Shown: positions 7,846 to 17,386, counted from the stretch's first letter. The stretch is DNA of 64,000 nucleotides from Erysipelotrichaceae bacterium (GCA_017533785.1 JAFWII010000007.1:20349-84348); one strand, 5' to 3'. The notes: generated from the letters alone by a model not told the origin. A program made the numbers and translations.

Positions 7846-9081
7846 TCAGGTGTTGTCGATCAGGGCAACCGTCAGATCGTTGATGTTGGTCCCGGTCGGT
7901 CCGGTGATCAGAAGCTGTCCGATCGCTTCAAACGCATGATAGGAATCGTTGTCCGCAAGATACTGTGCGGGATCGATCCCTTTTTCTTTCATGGCAGACA
8001 GAGTATCGCCGTCGGCATAGGCGCCGGCTGCGTCGGTCGGACCATCTGTTCCGTCGGAGCCGAGTGAGAAAACGGCCGCCGGCTGTCCGGCAAGCGTCTC
8101 CACGGCTGCCAGCACGAGTTCCTGGTTTCTTCCGCCCAGACCATGCCCGCGGACTACGACGACGGTCTCGCCGCCTTCGATCAGGGCAAGTTTTGTATAT
8201 TTGTTCCTTGCTTCGGCAACGGCTTTCTCCGCCAGTTCTTTTCCGGCAGTCTTTGCTTCTCCCTGCACGGCGGTATCCAGGATGCGGGTCTCATAGCCGA
8301 GTTTCCGGCAGATCTCCTCCGCTTTCTGACAGAGGATCGAGATATTGCCGGCGAGCACGGTCGTGACGTTCTCCAGTTTCTTCGGAGTCTCCTGTTTTAA
8401 TGATTCCAGAGTCTTATCATCGATCTTCAGACCATATCTTTCCACGATCTCCAGCGCTTCTCCGCATGTCGCGGAATCCGGATAGGCAGGACCGCTGCCG
8501 ATCATGTCGAGCGGATCTCCGAGGATGTCGCTGAGGAGGATGCTGAAGACCTTTGCCGGAGCGCATTTTAAGGCGAAGCGTCCACCTTTGACGGCGCTCA
8601 GACGTTTTCGTATCGTATTGATCTCCGTGATCGAGGCTCCGCATTCCAGAAGCTGGCGGTTGATGTCCTGGAGTGTTTCAAGCGGGATCAGCGGCAGTTC
8701 AAAGAGAGCGCTGGCGCCGCCGGACAAAAGGAAAAGAACGGTATCATTTTTATTCAGATCCCCGACCAGGGAAAGGGCAGCGGCTGCTGCTTTCAGACTG
8801 TTTTCGTCCAACACCGGGTGACCGGCTTCATGGATCTCGCAATGCGGAAGGGGACCTTTGGAGTGGCCGTATTTGGTGATCACGATGCCGCTGTCGACAG
8901 CGATTTCCGAAAGCGCCGCGTTCGCCATCTGCCAGGCCGCTTTGCCGGCTGCGACCAGGACCGTCCTTCCCGCGGGAACGGGAAAATCCCGTAGCGCATC
9001 CCTGACGGACTGATCCGGAAGGATCGCTTTCAGCGTATAACTGACGATCTGCCGGGCATCTTGGTATAAAGTCTCGTTCAT
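7846..9081 (-). CDS. glycerate 2-kinase / hydroxypyruvate reductase-like protein (DUF4147 + MOFRL)
   Basis: VLVAAGKAAWQMA, LLSGGASALFELP, GGETVVVVRGHGLGGRNQELVLAA, SLGSDGTDGPTDAAGA; start set to ATG 9081 (MNETLYQDA) rather than the TTG at 9126. Confidence 0.8.
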   Translation of the reverse strand: MNETLYQDARQIVSYTLKAILPDQSVRDALRDFPVPAGRTVLVAAGKAAWQMANAALSEIAVDSGIVITKYGHSKGPLPHCEIHEAGHPVLDENSLKAAAAALSLVGDLNKNDTVLFLLSGGASALFELPLIPLETLQDINRQLLECGASITEINTIRKRLSAVKGGRFALKCAPAKVFSILLSDILGDPLDMIGSGPAYPDSATCGEALEIVERYGLKIDDKTLESLKQETPKKLENVTTVLAGNISILCQKAEEICRKLGYETRILDTAVQGEAKTAGKELAEKAVAEARNKYTKLALIEGGETVVVVRGHGLGGRNQELVLAAVETLAGQPAAVFSLGSDGTDGPTDAAGAYADGDTLSAMKEKGIDPAQYLADNDSYHAFEAIGQLLITGPTGTNINDLTVALIDNT

Positions 9082-9087
9082 ATCTTC

Positions 9088-9093
9088 ATTATA
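9088..9093 (-). promoter_or_regulatory. -10 box TATAAT exactly 6 nt upstream of ATG 9081, no SD (leaderless candidate)
   Basis: minus strand TATAAT GAAGAT ATG. Confidence 0.45.
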
Positions 9094-9172
9094 TATGCAG
9101 CAGGCAAACTTTTTGATTTGATACAAATGAAAAGCGTTAAAATGAAGACAAGAATAACCGAGGAATAATCAT

Positions 9173-11119
9173 ATGAAAAAAACCGGAAAATCTCTGGCAC
9201 TGCTGCTGATCTGCCTGATCTTGGCATCAGCATGCATGTTTTGCGCGAATCTGATCCAGCGTGATTTCGGCAAGGTACAGATCATCGACGGCGAGATCCC
9301 GACGGACGCCGGCGTTCTGACGTACAAGCTCTATAAGCCGGATAACGCGACAGCGGATGCCAAAGCGCCTGCCGTGCTGCTTCTGCATGGCTATCAGAAT
9401 GACCACGAGACCTGTGCTGCGTATGCGATCGAACTGTCGCGCCGCGGCGCGGTCGTTCTCTGTCTGGATGAATACGGACACGGACTGAGCACCGCCGGTC
9501 TGCTGAACCGCGGTTTCGTCAACAAAAAAGTCAGCACCAACTTCGGCAACGAGGAAGAGATCCAGAAGATCGGCAGCACCGAGCGCTACCGTCTGATGAT
9601 GAACTTCTCCAACCTCTCGTTCTTTGACGAGCGTTATACCAAAGACGAAGCCGGCCACGAGATCACGGACTCCTCCTGCGGCGGCTCGACCGCTTACGGC
9701 TATCTTGCATCGCTGGACTATGTTGACGAGACCAGAATGGCGGTCAGCGGACACTCGATGGGGACCTGGTCCTCCTGGAGCGTTGCGGCGGATTACTGTG
9801 ACGCCGTCAACAGCAAAGGCGAAAGCATCGCTCCGAAAGCGGTCGTGCTGCAGTGCGGCGAGCTCTTCCGCGACAGTGCCTACGACTCTTCGAAGATCCG
9901 TTTCAACAACGTTCTGCTGCTGCAGGCGAAATACGACGAGTTCTCCTATTTCCGCGATTATCAGCTGAATGTGACGGATGAGCTCCTGAAGACGCCTCTG
10001 CGCTACGATTTCCTGGGAACGACTCCGGAAAAAGCTGCCTGGAATACGACCTACGGAAATTTTGCGGACGGCACAGCCAGAAGGATGGAACTGCTCAATA
10101 CCAACCACCGTCTGACGACCCATAACCGCAGCGGCCTGGCCGCGGCGCTTGCCTGGTTCGACGAAGCGCTCGGACTTCCGAAAGCAGTCGACTATACATC
10201 GCTGAATGCGCTGAACAAGGAATATCTGGTCCTGGCGGCGATGCTACTGATCCTGCTGTCGCTGTTCCCGCTGATGGATCTGCTGCTGGCGACGCCGCTG
10301 TTTGCGTCAGCTGCGCAGACGCTGCCGCCGAAACCGTCGAAGAAACCGGGCTTCGTCGGTGTTCTTCTGACGATCCTTTTGTCCGGGCTTTCCTTCCCGT
10401 TCATGACCCAGCTTGGCCACGCCTTGCTGCCGCTGCCGGAAAAGATCTTCCGGATGACAGTCGGCAACGGCTTCCTGAGCTGGTACCTGCTGCTGATCCT
10501 GATCATGCTGATCACGGCAGGCATCGCCAAAGCGCGCAAGACCTCGAAGGTAACGAATGAACGCTTCAGTTTCGGAGTATTCCTGCTCTCACTGCTTCTG
10601 GCAGCAGTGCTGATGCTGTATATGTACGGTGTGAACTTCGCTTACTATAAGCTCTTTGATCTCGATCTGCGCTTTATCTGGCCGTTCTTCCGTCCCTTCA
10701 ATTCCATCCGGATCGGACAGTTCTTCATTTATCTGCCCGTCTATGCGTTGTTCTACTATCTGAACAACACCAAGATCATGCGGGATATGCGGACGGCTTC
10801 GGTATACAAACCGGGCGTCTCCGGCTTCCTGATGACCTGGCTGCGAAACTTCCTGCTGATGGCAGGCGGCGTGATCCTGATCACACTGCTCGAATACATC
10901 CCGTTCTTCATGGGCATCGGACCGGGCGCCGACGTGCTGTTCGGTTCGACTTTCGGAGGACCGTTCATGTCGATCCTGATCCTCTTCGTTCCGCAGGTCC
11001 TGTTCTTCTCCGTTCTCTGCACATACTGCTACAGAAAGACGGGCAGGGCATATACCGGCGCCTTCCTGGCAGCCATGCTGGCATGCTGGATCGTGACCGG
11101 CGGTTCGTCCTTCCTCTGA
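9173..11119 (+). CDS. alpha/beta-fold serine hydrolase domain fused to a large polytopic membrane domain
   Basis: N-terminal TM/signal, LLLHGYQNDHE, nucleophile elbow GHSMGTWS; C-terminal about 300 aa with about 8 hydrophobic segments. Confidence 0.6.
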   Translation: MKKTGKSLALLLICLILASACMFCANLIQRDFGKVQIIDGEIPTDAGVLTYKLYKPDNATADAKAPAVLLLHGYQNDHETCAAYAIELSRRGAVVLCLDEYGHGLSTAGLLNRGFVNKKVSTNFGNEEEIQKIGSTERYRLMMNFSNLSFFDERYTKDEAGHEITDSSCGGSTAYGYLASLDYVDETRMAVSGHSMGTWSSWSVAADYCDAVNSKGESIAPKAVVLQCGELFRDSAYDSSKIRFNNVLLLQAKYDEFSYFRDYQLNVTDELLKTPLRYDFLGTTPEKAAWNTTYGNFADGTARRMELLNTNHRLTTHNRSGLAAALAWFDEALGLPKAVDYTSLNALNKEYLVLAAMLLILLSLFPLMDLLLATPLFASAAQTLPPKPSKKPGFVGVLLTILLSGLSFPFMTQLGHALLPLPEKIFRMTVGNGFLSWYLLLILIMLITAGIAKARKTSKVTNERFSFGVFLLSLLLAAVLMLYMYGVNFAYYKLFDLDLRFIWPFFRPFNSIRIGQFFIYLPVYALFYYLNNTKIMRDMRTASVYKPGVSGFLMTWLRNFLLMAGGVILITLLEYIPFFMGIGPGADVLFGSTFGGPFMSILILFVPQVLFFSVLCTYCYRKTGRAYTGAFLAAMLACWIVTGGSSFL

Positions 11120-11129
11120 TAAAACAAGA

Positions 11130-11158
11130 AAAGACGGCTGCAGATGCGGCCGTCTTTT
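11130..11158 (+). terminator. intrinsic terminator
   Basis: AAGACGGC-10 nt loop-GCCGTCTTTT. Confidence 0.75.
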
Positions 11159-11197
11159 CAATAAAAAAAGCCTTTATTCAAGGCATTTTAATCAAGA

Positions 11198-11273
11198 TGG
11201 TGATCCCCTAGGGATTCGAACCCTAGACCCTCTGATTAAGAGTCAGATGCTCTACCAGCTGAGCTAGGGGATC
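11198..11273 (-). tRNA. tRNA-Lys (anticodon CTT), CCA encoded
   Basis: GATCCCC/GGGGATC acceptor, GGTTCGAATCC T-loop, anticodon loop CTCTTAA. Confidence 0.9.
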
Positions 11274-11280
11274 AGATAAG

Positions 11281-11357
11281 TGGTGACCCGTACGGGATTC
11301 GAACCCATGAATGCCGCCGTGAAAGGGCGGTGTGTTAAGCCACTTCACCAACGGGCC
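11281..11357 (-). tRNA. tRNA-Glu (anticodon TTC), CCA encoded
   Basis: GGCCCGT/ACGGGTC acceptor, anticodon stem CCGCC/GGCGG with loop CTTTCAC, GGTTCGAATCC. Confidence 0.9.
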
Positions 11358-11361
11358 ATCG

Positions 11362-11437
11362 TGGCGCCTGAAACAGGACTCGAACCTGTGACCATTCGGT
11401 TAACAGCCGAGCGCTCTACCGACTGAGCTATTCAGGC
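11362..11437 (-). tRNA. tRNA-Asn (anticodon GTT), CCA encoded
   Basis: GCCTGAA/TTCAGGC acceptor, TAGCTCAGTCGGTAGAGC D-arm, anticodon loop CTGTTAA. Confidence 0.9.
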
Positions 11438-11448
11438 ACTGCTCAATT

Positions 11449-11477
11449 ATCATAGCATGTCGTTTTGAGAAAAACAA
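11449..11477 (-). promoter_or_regulatory. candidate promoter of the tRNA cluster (TTGTTT-N17-TATGAT with TGC extension)
   Basis: minus strand TTGTTT ttctcaaaacgacatgc TATGAT, 11 nt before tRNA-Asn 5' end. Confidence 0.45.
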
Positions 11478-11526
11478 GCAGAATTTGATAATAATGATAA
11501 AAAATATTTCGTCGTACTGAAAGAGA

Positions 11527-11560
11527 TTCCGGCGGGCTTTGCACGGCCCGCCGGAAGTTT
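11527..11560 (-). terminator. stem-loop after arcB (10-bp GC-rich stem; the T-run is better on the plus strand)
   Basis: TTCCGGCGGG-10 nt loop-CCCGCCGGAA. Confidence 0.55.
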
Positions 11561-11561
11561 T

Positions 11562-12554
11562 TTATTTCAATGTAGCGTAGAGAACAGCCTTGATCGTATG
11601 CATACGGTTTTCCGCTTCGTCGAAGGCTCTGCCCTGCGGACCGTAGATCACGTCATCGGTGACTTCCATGGCTTCCAGACCGAACTTCTGGTAGATCTCC
11701 TCGCCGACAGTCGTTTCACGGTCGTGGAAAGAGGGCAGGCAGTGCAGGAAGATCGCTTCCTTCTTGGCATAGGACATGACGGTCTTATTGACCTGGTAAG
11801 GCTTCAGCAGTTTGATGCGTTTTGCCCACAGTTCATCCGGTTCACCCATGGAGAGCCAGATATCGGTGTAAAGGACATCAGCATCCGTTGCAGCCTTCTT
11901 GACATCGCTTTCCAGTTCGATGACTGCGCCGGTCTCTTCCGCGATCTCGCGGCATTTTTTGACCAGTGCCTTTGCCGGCATCAGTTCCTTCGGAGCGCAG
12001 GCGACATAGTGCATGCCAAGCTTGGCACTGACGACCATCAGCGAGTTGGCGACATTATTGCGGGCATCGCCGAAGAAGACGAGCTTGCGTCCACGGACAT
12101 CGCCGAATTCCTCTTTGATGGTGAGGACGTCCGCCAGCATCTGGGTCGGATGGAAATCGTCGGTCAGACCGTTATAGACCGGAACGCCGGAGTATCTGGC
12201 GAGATCCTCGACGACGCTCTGCTTGAAGCCGCGGTATTCGATACCGTCATAAAGTCTGCCCAGGACCATCGCGGTATCGCGCAGGGATTCCTTTTTGCCC
12301 ATCTGGGAAGAACCCGGATCAAGATAGGTGACGCCCATGCCGAGGTCATAGCCGGCAACTTCGAAGGAGCAGCGGGTCCTGGTCGAGGTCTTTTCGAACA
12401 GCAGAACGATATTCTTGCCTTCAAGGTAGCGGTGCGGCGTGCCTGCGCGTTTCAGTTTTTTCAGATCAGCGGACAGATCGAGCAGATATCTGATCTCCGC
12501 AGGTGTGTAGTCAAGCAGTGTCAGGAAACTTCTTCCCCGGATATTTAAGCCCAT
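11562..12554 (-). CDS. arcB: ornithine carbamoyltransferase (catabolic context)
   Basis: FEKTSTRTRCSFE, HPTQMLAD, HCLPSFH motifs; directly downstream of arcA. Confidence 0.95.
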   Translation of the reverse strand: MGLNIRGRSFLTLLDYTPAEIRYLLDLSADLKKLKRAGTPHRYLEGKNIVLLFEKTSTRTRCSFEVAGYDLGMGVTYLDPGSSQMGKKESLRDTAMVLGRLYDGIEYRGFKQSVVEDLARYSGVPVYNGLTDDFHPTQMLADVLTIKEEFGDVRGRKLVFFGDARNNVANSLMVVSAKLGMHYVACAPKELMPAKALVKKCREIAEETGAVIELESDVKKAATDADVLYTDIWLSMGEPDELWAKRIKLLKPYQVNKTVMSYAKKEAIFLHCLPSFHDRETTVGEEIYQKFGLEAMEVTDDVIYGPQGRAFDEAENRMHTIKAVLYATLK

Positions 12555-12601
12555 GTGTGTATTCTCCTTTTTGTTATATGTATCGGCATTCAGCCGGTCG
12601 G

Positions 12602-13825
12602 TTACAGTTCTCTCTGCAGCGGCATGGACATGCAGCGCGGGCCGCCGCGGCCGCGTGAGAGTTCGGAGGAATCGATCTCCAGCACTTCAAGTCCGGCTGC
12701 CCGGAGGGCGCGGTTCGTCACCTCATTGCGGTTGTAGACGATGATCTTGCCCGGCGAGATGCACAGGGTGTTGCTGCCGTCGTTCCACTGTTCCCGTTCC
12801 GCCGCGACTCTGTCTCCGTTGCCGCACTGGATCAACTGAACATAGCTGAGACCGAGTTCCGCCGCCAGGATGTTTTCAAGGCGGTCATCGATACGGCTGA
12901 TCTTCAGACTGCGGTTGTCTCCCGGTTCGATCAGGTATACCTCGAGTGTTCCCAGAATGCCCGGGTGAACGGTGAACTTATCGTAGTCGATCTGGGTAAA
13001 GACCGTATCCAGATGCATAAAGGCTCTTGAAGAGGGGATATGGAAGGCAAGGATCCGGTCGATCTCCGTCTCGTTGCGGAAGAAGACGTTGTCCGCGAAT
13101 TCTTCGATCGCGTCCGCTTCCGTACGCTGCGAGATGCCGATCGTCAGGGTGTGGCCGTTGAGGTTCGAGATGTCGCCGCCTTCGATATGGAAGTTGCTGT
13201 TGCGGTCATAGTAAAGCGGGACTTTGTCCTTGAAGTCCGGATGATGGTGGAAGATATATTCTCCGTAGATCGTCTCTCTGCGGCGTGTAACGGAGTACAT
13301 GCGGTTCAGGGAGACACCGTTGCCGATACAGGCAAAACTGTCACGGGTAAAGTACAGGTTCGGGAGCGGCTGGATCACCAGGTCGCCGTCGTTTGCGATC
13401 CGTTCGACCAGCGAGAAATCGGTCGTGATCTGCAGCTCGCTGACATTCAGTCCGGACATCGTCTTCAAAACGAGTTCACGGTTGTCACTGATGCGGTCAT
13501 AGATGGAATACAGCAGATCCTGATAGCGTTTTGTATGGATCCCCGCCTCGACGATGAACTGTTTCAGGAAGGGTTCGCGCAAGGACGGATCGTGATTGAG
13601 GACTTCGGTCATCAGGTCTTCCAGATAAACAACTTCAACGCCCTGGCTTTTGAGGACAGCGGCGAAATTGTCGTGTTCTCTCTGGGCGCCTTTCAGATAC
13701 GGGATATCATCGAACAGAAGTTCGTTCAGATTGGACGGGGTCAGGTAGAGCAGTTCGTTCCCCGGACGGTGCAGGAGCACCTTTTTCAGGGGAGCGATCT
13801 CGCTGAAAACTTGGATTGGTCTCAT
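12602..13825 (-). CDS. arcA: arginine deiminase
   Basis: MRPIQVFSEIAPLKKVLLHRPGNEL, FTRD, HLDTVF and C-terminal GGPRCMSMPL catalytic Cys motif. Confidence 0.95.
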   Translation of the reverse strand: MRPIQVFSEIAPLKKVLLHRPGNELLYLTPSNLNELLFDDIPYLKGAQREHDNFAAVLKSQGVEVVYLEDLMTEVLNHDPSLREPFLKQFIVEAGIHTKRYQDLLYSIYDRISDNRELVLKTMSGLNVSELQITTDFSLVERIANDGDLVIQPLPNLYFTRDSFACIGNGVSLNRMYSVTRRRETIYGEYIFHHHPDFKDKVPLYYDRNSNFHIEGGDISNLNGHTLTIGISQRTEADAIEEFADNVFFRNETEIDRILAFHIPSSRAFMHLDTVFTQIDYDKFTVHPGILGTLEVYLIEPGDNRSLKISRIDDRLENILAAELGLSYVQLIQCGNGDRVAAEREQWNDGSNTLCISPGKIIVYNRNEVTNRALRAAGLEVLEIDSSELSRGRGGPRCMSMPLQREL

Positions 13826-13831
13826 GTATAA

Positions 13832-13837
13832 ATTGTA
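13832..13837 (-). promoter_or_regulatory. -10 box TACAAT exactly 6 nt upstream of arcA ATG, no SD (leaderless candidate)
   Basis: minus strand CGC TACAAT TTATAC ATG. Confidence 0.45.
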
Positions 13838-13873
13838 GCGTTTTTGAAACAGGAAAGAAAGAACATAAAAGGA

Positions 13874-13879
13874 TATAAT
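13874..13879 (+). promoter_or_regulatory. -10 box TATAAT overlapping the first ATG (13878) of the next ORF
   Basis: GGA TATAAT GG; argues for start at 13902. Confidence 0.4.
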
Positions 13880-13901
13880 GGAGACAGAAAGCGAGGCAGT
13901 T

Positions 13902-14342
13902 ATGAAAACCGGTCCAGTCGAAAAGATCTATGAAGCCTACAGCGCGATCGCGGACGGAAGAGTGCAGATCGACGCACAGAACAGTTCCGCCTCCGTGCAG
14001 TCTTCCGACCGCAGGAAGACATATAGTGTGCGCTGGGAAGGGAAGGTCTATTATTCCGATGATAACGCGACTTACTGGCAGGGATATGCCGGCTATCCGG
14101 TGATCGCCGTGCTGATGAAGCAGGGCATCCTTCCGCTGAAGGAAGAGACGGCTGCGCTGTTTTCGGGCATCAACTGGAACGAGCTGAACAAGCGTTTCAA
14201 AAGAGACTACGCGGAAGCTGCCGCTTCGGTCATGAAGGAACGCGGACTGGATACCGAAGCGATACGCAGGGAAACAGAAGCGATACTCGATTCCCTGAAA
14301 GAACTGGACTTTGAACTGCGGCGCGGAAAAGGAAAGCGCTGA
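13902..14342 (+). CDS. hypothetical protein (146 aa)
   Basis: ORF with ordinary composition; start placed at ATG 13902 (MKTGPVEK; GAGG 8 nt upstream); no motif recognised. Confidence 0.5.
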   Translation: MKTGPVEKIYEAYSAIADGRVQIDAQNSSASVQSSDRRKTYSVRWEGKVYYSDDNATYWQGYAGYPVIAVLMKQGILPLKEETAALFSGINWNELNKRFKRDYAEAAASVMKERGLDTEAIRRETEAILDSLKELDFELRRGKGKR

Positions 14343-14380
14343 TCCCGCCGGCAGAATTATGATACAGGAGGTAGATGGTA

Positions 14381-15310
14381 ATGAAGAGAGCAAAGAAACT
14401 GATCCTGGTGCTGATCGCTGCACTGGCTTTGACCGGCTGCATGAAACTGCGCGTCATCTTTGATGTTTCGAAAGACGGAAGCGTCAAGTCCGGGAGGACT
14501 TTCCTGGCTGCGGAATCGCTTATTAAGATGACGAACGGCGACCCGGACGATCTTTATGAGCAGGTCAAGGAAAGCTATGAAAACGATAAGACCTTCAAGG
14601 GAAAGATCGTCAAGGCCAGAGAAGAGATCGGCGACGAACAGTATTACGGATATACGGTGACCGGTCTGGACAGCGAGCTTCAGGCGAAAGTCGAAGGCGG
14701 AAAGATCATCTTCGAGATCCCGGAAGCAGATCTTCTTCGTTTTGCTCAGGAATCCTTCGCGATGTTCGGTGAGCAGGTCAGCTCCTTCACGGAGATGGAA
14801 AACAGCAACATCAGCATGGAGCTTGTCATCAATATGCCGAATAAGGCTTCCTGTGAATACGGCGAGGTCAAGGGCAAAACGGTCACGATCGATGTCCTGA
14901 AGCTGCCCAGAAACGTCGATACCATCGTCGTCACCTGCAAAAAAGGAAGCGTCTGGCCGTTTATCCTGATCGTTCTGGCGCTTGCTGCAGGAGCCGCCTA
15001 CTTCCTGTTGAAGAAGAAACCGGAGGCGGCTGCGGAAACCGCAGTTATGAAAGAAGCCCCGGTCGAAAAGACAGTTGAGGAGCGTCCGTCTGAAGAGGCG
15101 AAAGAGCTTTCGAAAGATGTACAGTCCCTGTTTGAGGATGTGATCGCAAAACCTGCCGAGGTAACGACCGAAGACATCGCTGAACCGGTCACCGATATCG
15201 CGGAAGAGATGACAGAGATCACAGACGCAACACCTGAACCGGCCGAAGAAACTGCCGAAACAGGCGAAGAAACTGTTGAAGAATCACCTGATGAAGAAAA
15301 GAACGCATAA
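14381..15310 (+). CDS. lipoprotein, LppM/DUF3153-like, with C-terminal TM helix and acidic disordered tail
   Basis: lipobox LALTGC then MKLRVIFDVSKDGSVKSG; TM WPFILIVLALAAGAAYFLL; E/P/T/A-rich tail; AGGAGG 9 nt before ATG 14381. Confidence 0.55.
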   Translation: MKRAKKLILVLIAALALTGCMKLRVIFDVSKDGSVKSGRTFLAAESLIKMTNGDPDDLYEQVKESYENDKTFKGKIVKAREEIGDEQYYGYTVTGLDSELQAKVEGGKIIFEIPEADLLRFAQESFAMFGEQVSSFTEMENSNISMELVINMPNKASCEYGEVKGKTVTIDVLKLPRNVDTIVVTCKKGSVWPFILIVLALAAGAAYFLLKKKPEAAAETAVMKEAPVEKTVEERPSEEAKELSKDVQSLFEDVIAKPAEVTTEDIAEPVTDIAEEMTEITDATPEPAEETAETGEETVEESPDEEKNA

Positions 15311-15328
15311 ACGGCGGGAGTTCGGCAG

Positions 15329-15961
15329 ATGAAAGTCTTGTTTATCGGAAATTCACACACATTCGTTCATTATGTCCCGTTAAGAGTTAAGTGGTTCTTC
15401 GAAAAACACGGGAAAGACATCGATGTGACGATGCTGACGCATCCCGGTGTCGGTCTGGATTATCACATCAAGCAGTCACAGACATATTTTGATCTGATGT
15501 ACGGGAAGTATGACGCAGTGGTCCTGCAGCATAATGCCCATCCCTTTCCCGGAAAGGAGTCGGTGATCAGCGGCGGGAAAGCGATCGCCGGGATCTGCCC
15601 CGAACAAACAAAGATCTATCTGTATATGACCTGGAGCGAGAAGAACAATCCGGAAGGGCAGAAGGTGATGAGCGAAGCTTACAGAGAACTCGCTGAAGAG
15701 ATCGGTGCCACAGTATGCCCTGTCGGGGAATGGTGGTGGAAGATCGCAGAAGCGTATGGCGAAGAACTGTATTTCGCTGACGGAGAACACTCTTCTGTGC
15801 TCGGCGCTTCCCTGGCGGCGGTCGTGATCGGAAGAACGCTGCTGGGTCTGCCTGTCGAAAAGGAGGAACTCTATCGGGAAGCGAAAGAGATCGCGGCAAA
15901 GAAGCAGGATCCGAGAATGATAGATCTCGTGATGAGAGACGGCGAGCTGGACATGGCTTGA
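15329..15961 (+). CDS. SGNH/GDSL-like hydrolase family protein
   Basis: N-terminal MKVLFIGNSHTF block I-like motif; 210 aa. Confidence 0.5.
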   Translation: MKVLFIGNSHTFVHYVPLRVKWFFEKHGKDIDVTMLTHPGVGLDYHIKQSQTYFDLMYGKYDAVVLQHNAHPFPGKESVISGGKAIAGICPEQTKIYLYMTWSEKNNPEGQKVMSEAYRELAEEIGATVCPVGEWWWKIAEAYGEELYFADGEHSSVLGASLAAVVIGRTLLGLPVEKEELYREAKEIAAKKQDPRMIDLVMRDGELDMA

Positions 15962-16138
15962 GCTGCCAGCCGCAAAAATCAGCCTAAACGAATTGAATGA
16001 CAAAAGCGGGTGGGGAAGACAGTCGGCGAAGACTGATTCCGGCCTGCTTTTTCTGTGGCATAATACTCAGACTCCGAAAAAAGAAAAAACGCCCTGATGA
16101 ACAAGTGCTATCACAGGACGTTCGTGTGTTTTTGGCCG

Positions 16139-17386
16139 TTATCCGTCCGCTGCATCTCTGTTTGCGTAGAGCGCAGGGTAGGTTTCCTTATCTTTCTTCC
16201 TCAGAATCGCATTCAATAGGAACGTAACCATAAACAGCCCCAGGATCAGATACCACGCATATTCCGGCTTCTGATCATAAAGGAATCCAACTGAGAGTTC
16301 CGCAGCGGAGAACAGCACCGAGCCCAAGATGTTGGCGAAAGAGACGACTCTGCCGCGATGCGATGCCGGGATACGGCTGGTCAGATAGGGGCCGTTGACG
16401 ATCGTGCAGAAAATCTCTCCCAAAGTAAAAAGGAACATTGCCAGATAGTAGAAGGGGATATGTCCCAGGAACAGCAGAAAGATTAGATAACCGGAAGCTG
16501 AGAAGATCTCTCCGAACAGATAGGTTTCCGGATGACTTCTTTTGGATGCGAACCGGGTCAGCAGCGGTGTAAAGAGAACGACGACGATGCAGTTCAGGGA
16601 AGAGACTGTGCCGTAGATCGCTGCCCCGTTCTCCCCATGGACTCTGGCCATATCGAGCGGCAGCAGATACGAGTGCTGGGAATAAAGAGACCAGTAGAGC
16701 TGGGAAGTGATCAGGAACAGACAGAGAGCGGGCGCTTTTTTCAGAATCTCTATGGTGCTGATACCGTCATCTGTCTGCTGATAAACGCTTTTGGCGTCGG
16801 TTTCTTCGACTCTGGCGATGTTTTTGACGAACAGCCAGATAAGAAGCGTTGAGATGCCGACAGAAAAGCCGCTGATCGCAAAAGCAAGCCGCAGATGGTT
16901 TTTGAAGAGGAGTCCGCTTATTACCGGCGAGAGGATCATGCCGAAGTTTCCGCCGAGATACATCAGCGAATAAGCTCTTTCCCGGTCTTTGGTAAGACTC
17001 AGATCGGCGATCAGTGCGTCATAGCTGGCGTTCTCGACCGTCTGAAACATGCCTGCCAGACCCAGCAGGATCACAGAAACGAATCCGATCGGCAAAAACG
17101 CGGCGATCAGAAAACAGACGACTGATAAAAGGTCGAAGCCGATGATGATGTTGCGCTTATTGGCAGAATCGGCCAGTTTGCCGCCGAGCCAGGTCATCGG
17201 CATCTGCAGCAGTCCGAACAGCAGGATCACAAAAGCAATGGTGCTGGCATTCCAGCCCAGTTTCTGATTCAGGATCATCGTCAGCATCGGGTAGACCATC
17301 GATCCCATCGAGGTCACTATTCTGCCGATAAAAAGGATATAGAGTTCCTTTCGCAGACCTTTATACTGTTCGACTAATGAGCGCAT
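16139..17386 (-). CDS. MFS transporter
   Basis: 415 aa, about 12 hydrophobic segments, GGKLADSANKRN loop 2-3 motif. Confidence 0.85.
   Translation of the reverse strand: MRSLVEQYKGLRKELYILFIGRIVTSMGSMVYPMLTMILNQKLGWNASTIAFVILLFGLLQMPMTWLGGKLADSANKRNIIIGFDLLSVVCFLIAAFLPIGFVSVILLGLAGMFQTVENASYDALIADLSLTKDRERAYSLMYLGGNFGMILSPVISGLLFKNHLRLAFAISGFSVGISTLLIWLFVKNIARVEETDAKSVYQQTDDGISTIEILKKAPALCLFLITSQLYWSLYSQHSYLLPLDMARVHGENGAAIYGTVSSLNCIVVVLFTPLLTRFASKRSHPETYLFGEIFSASGYLIFLLFLGHIPFYYLAMFLFTLGEIFCTIVNGPYLTSRIPASHRGRVVSFANILGSVLFSAAELSVGFLYDQKPEYAWYLILGLFMVTFLLNAILRKKDKETYPALYANRDAADG

Noticed and set aside
12553-12744. Two approximately 60-aa plus-strand ORFs spanning the arcB-arcA junction
   Set aside because: They are antisense to arcA and arcB, with Arg/Ser-rich translations and no start signals.
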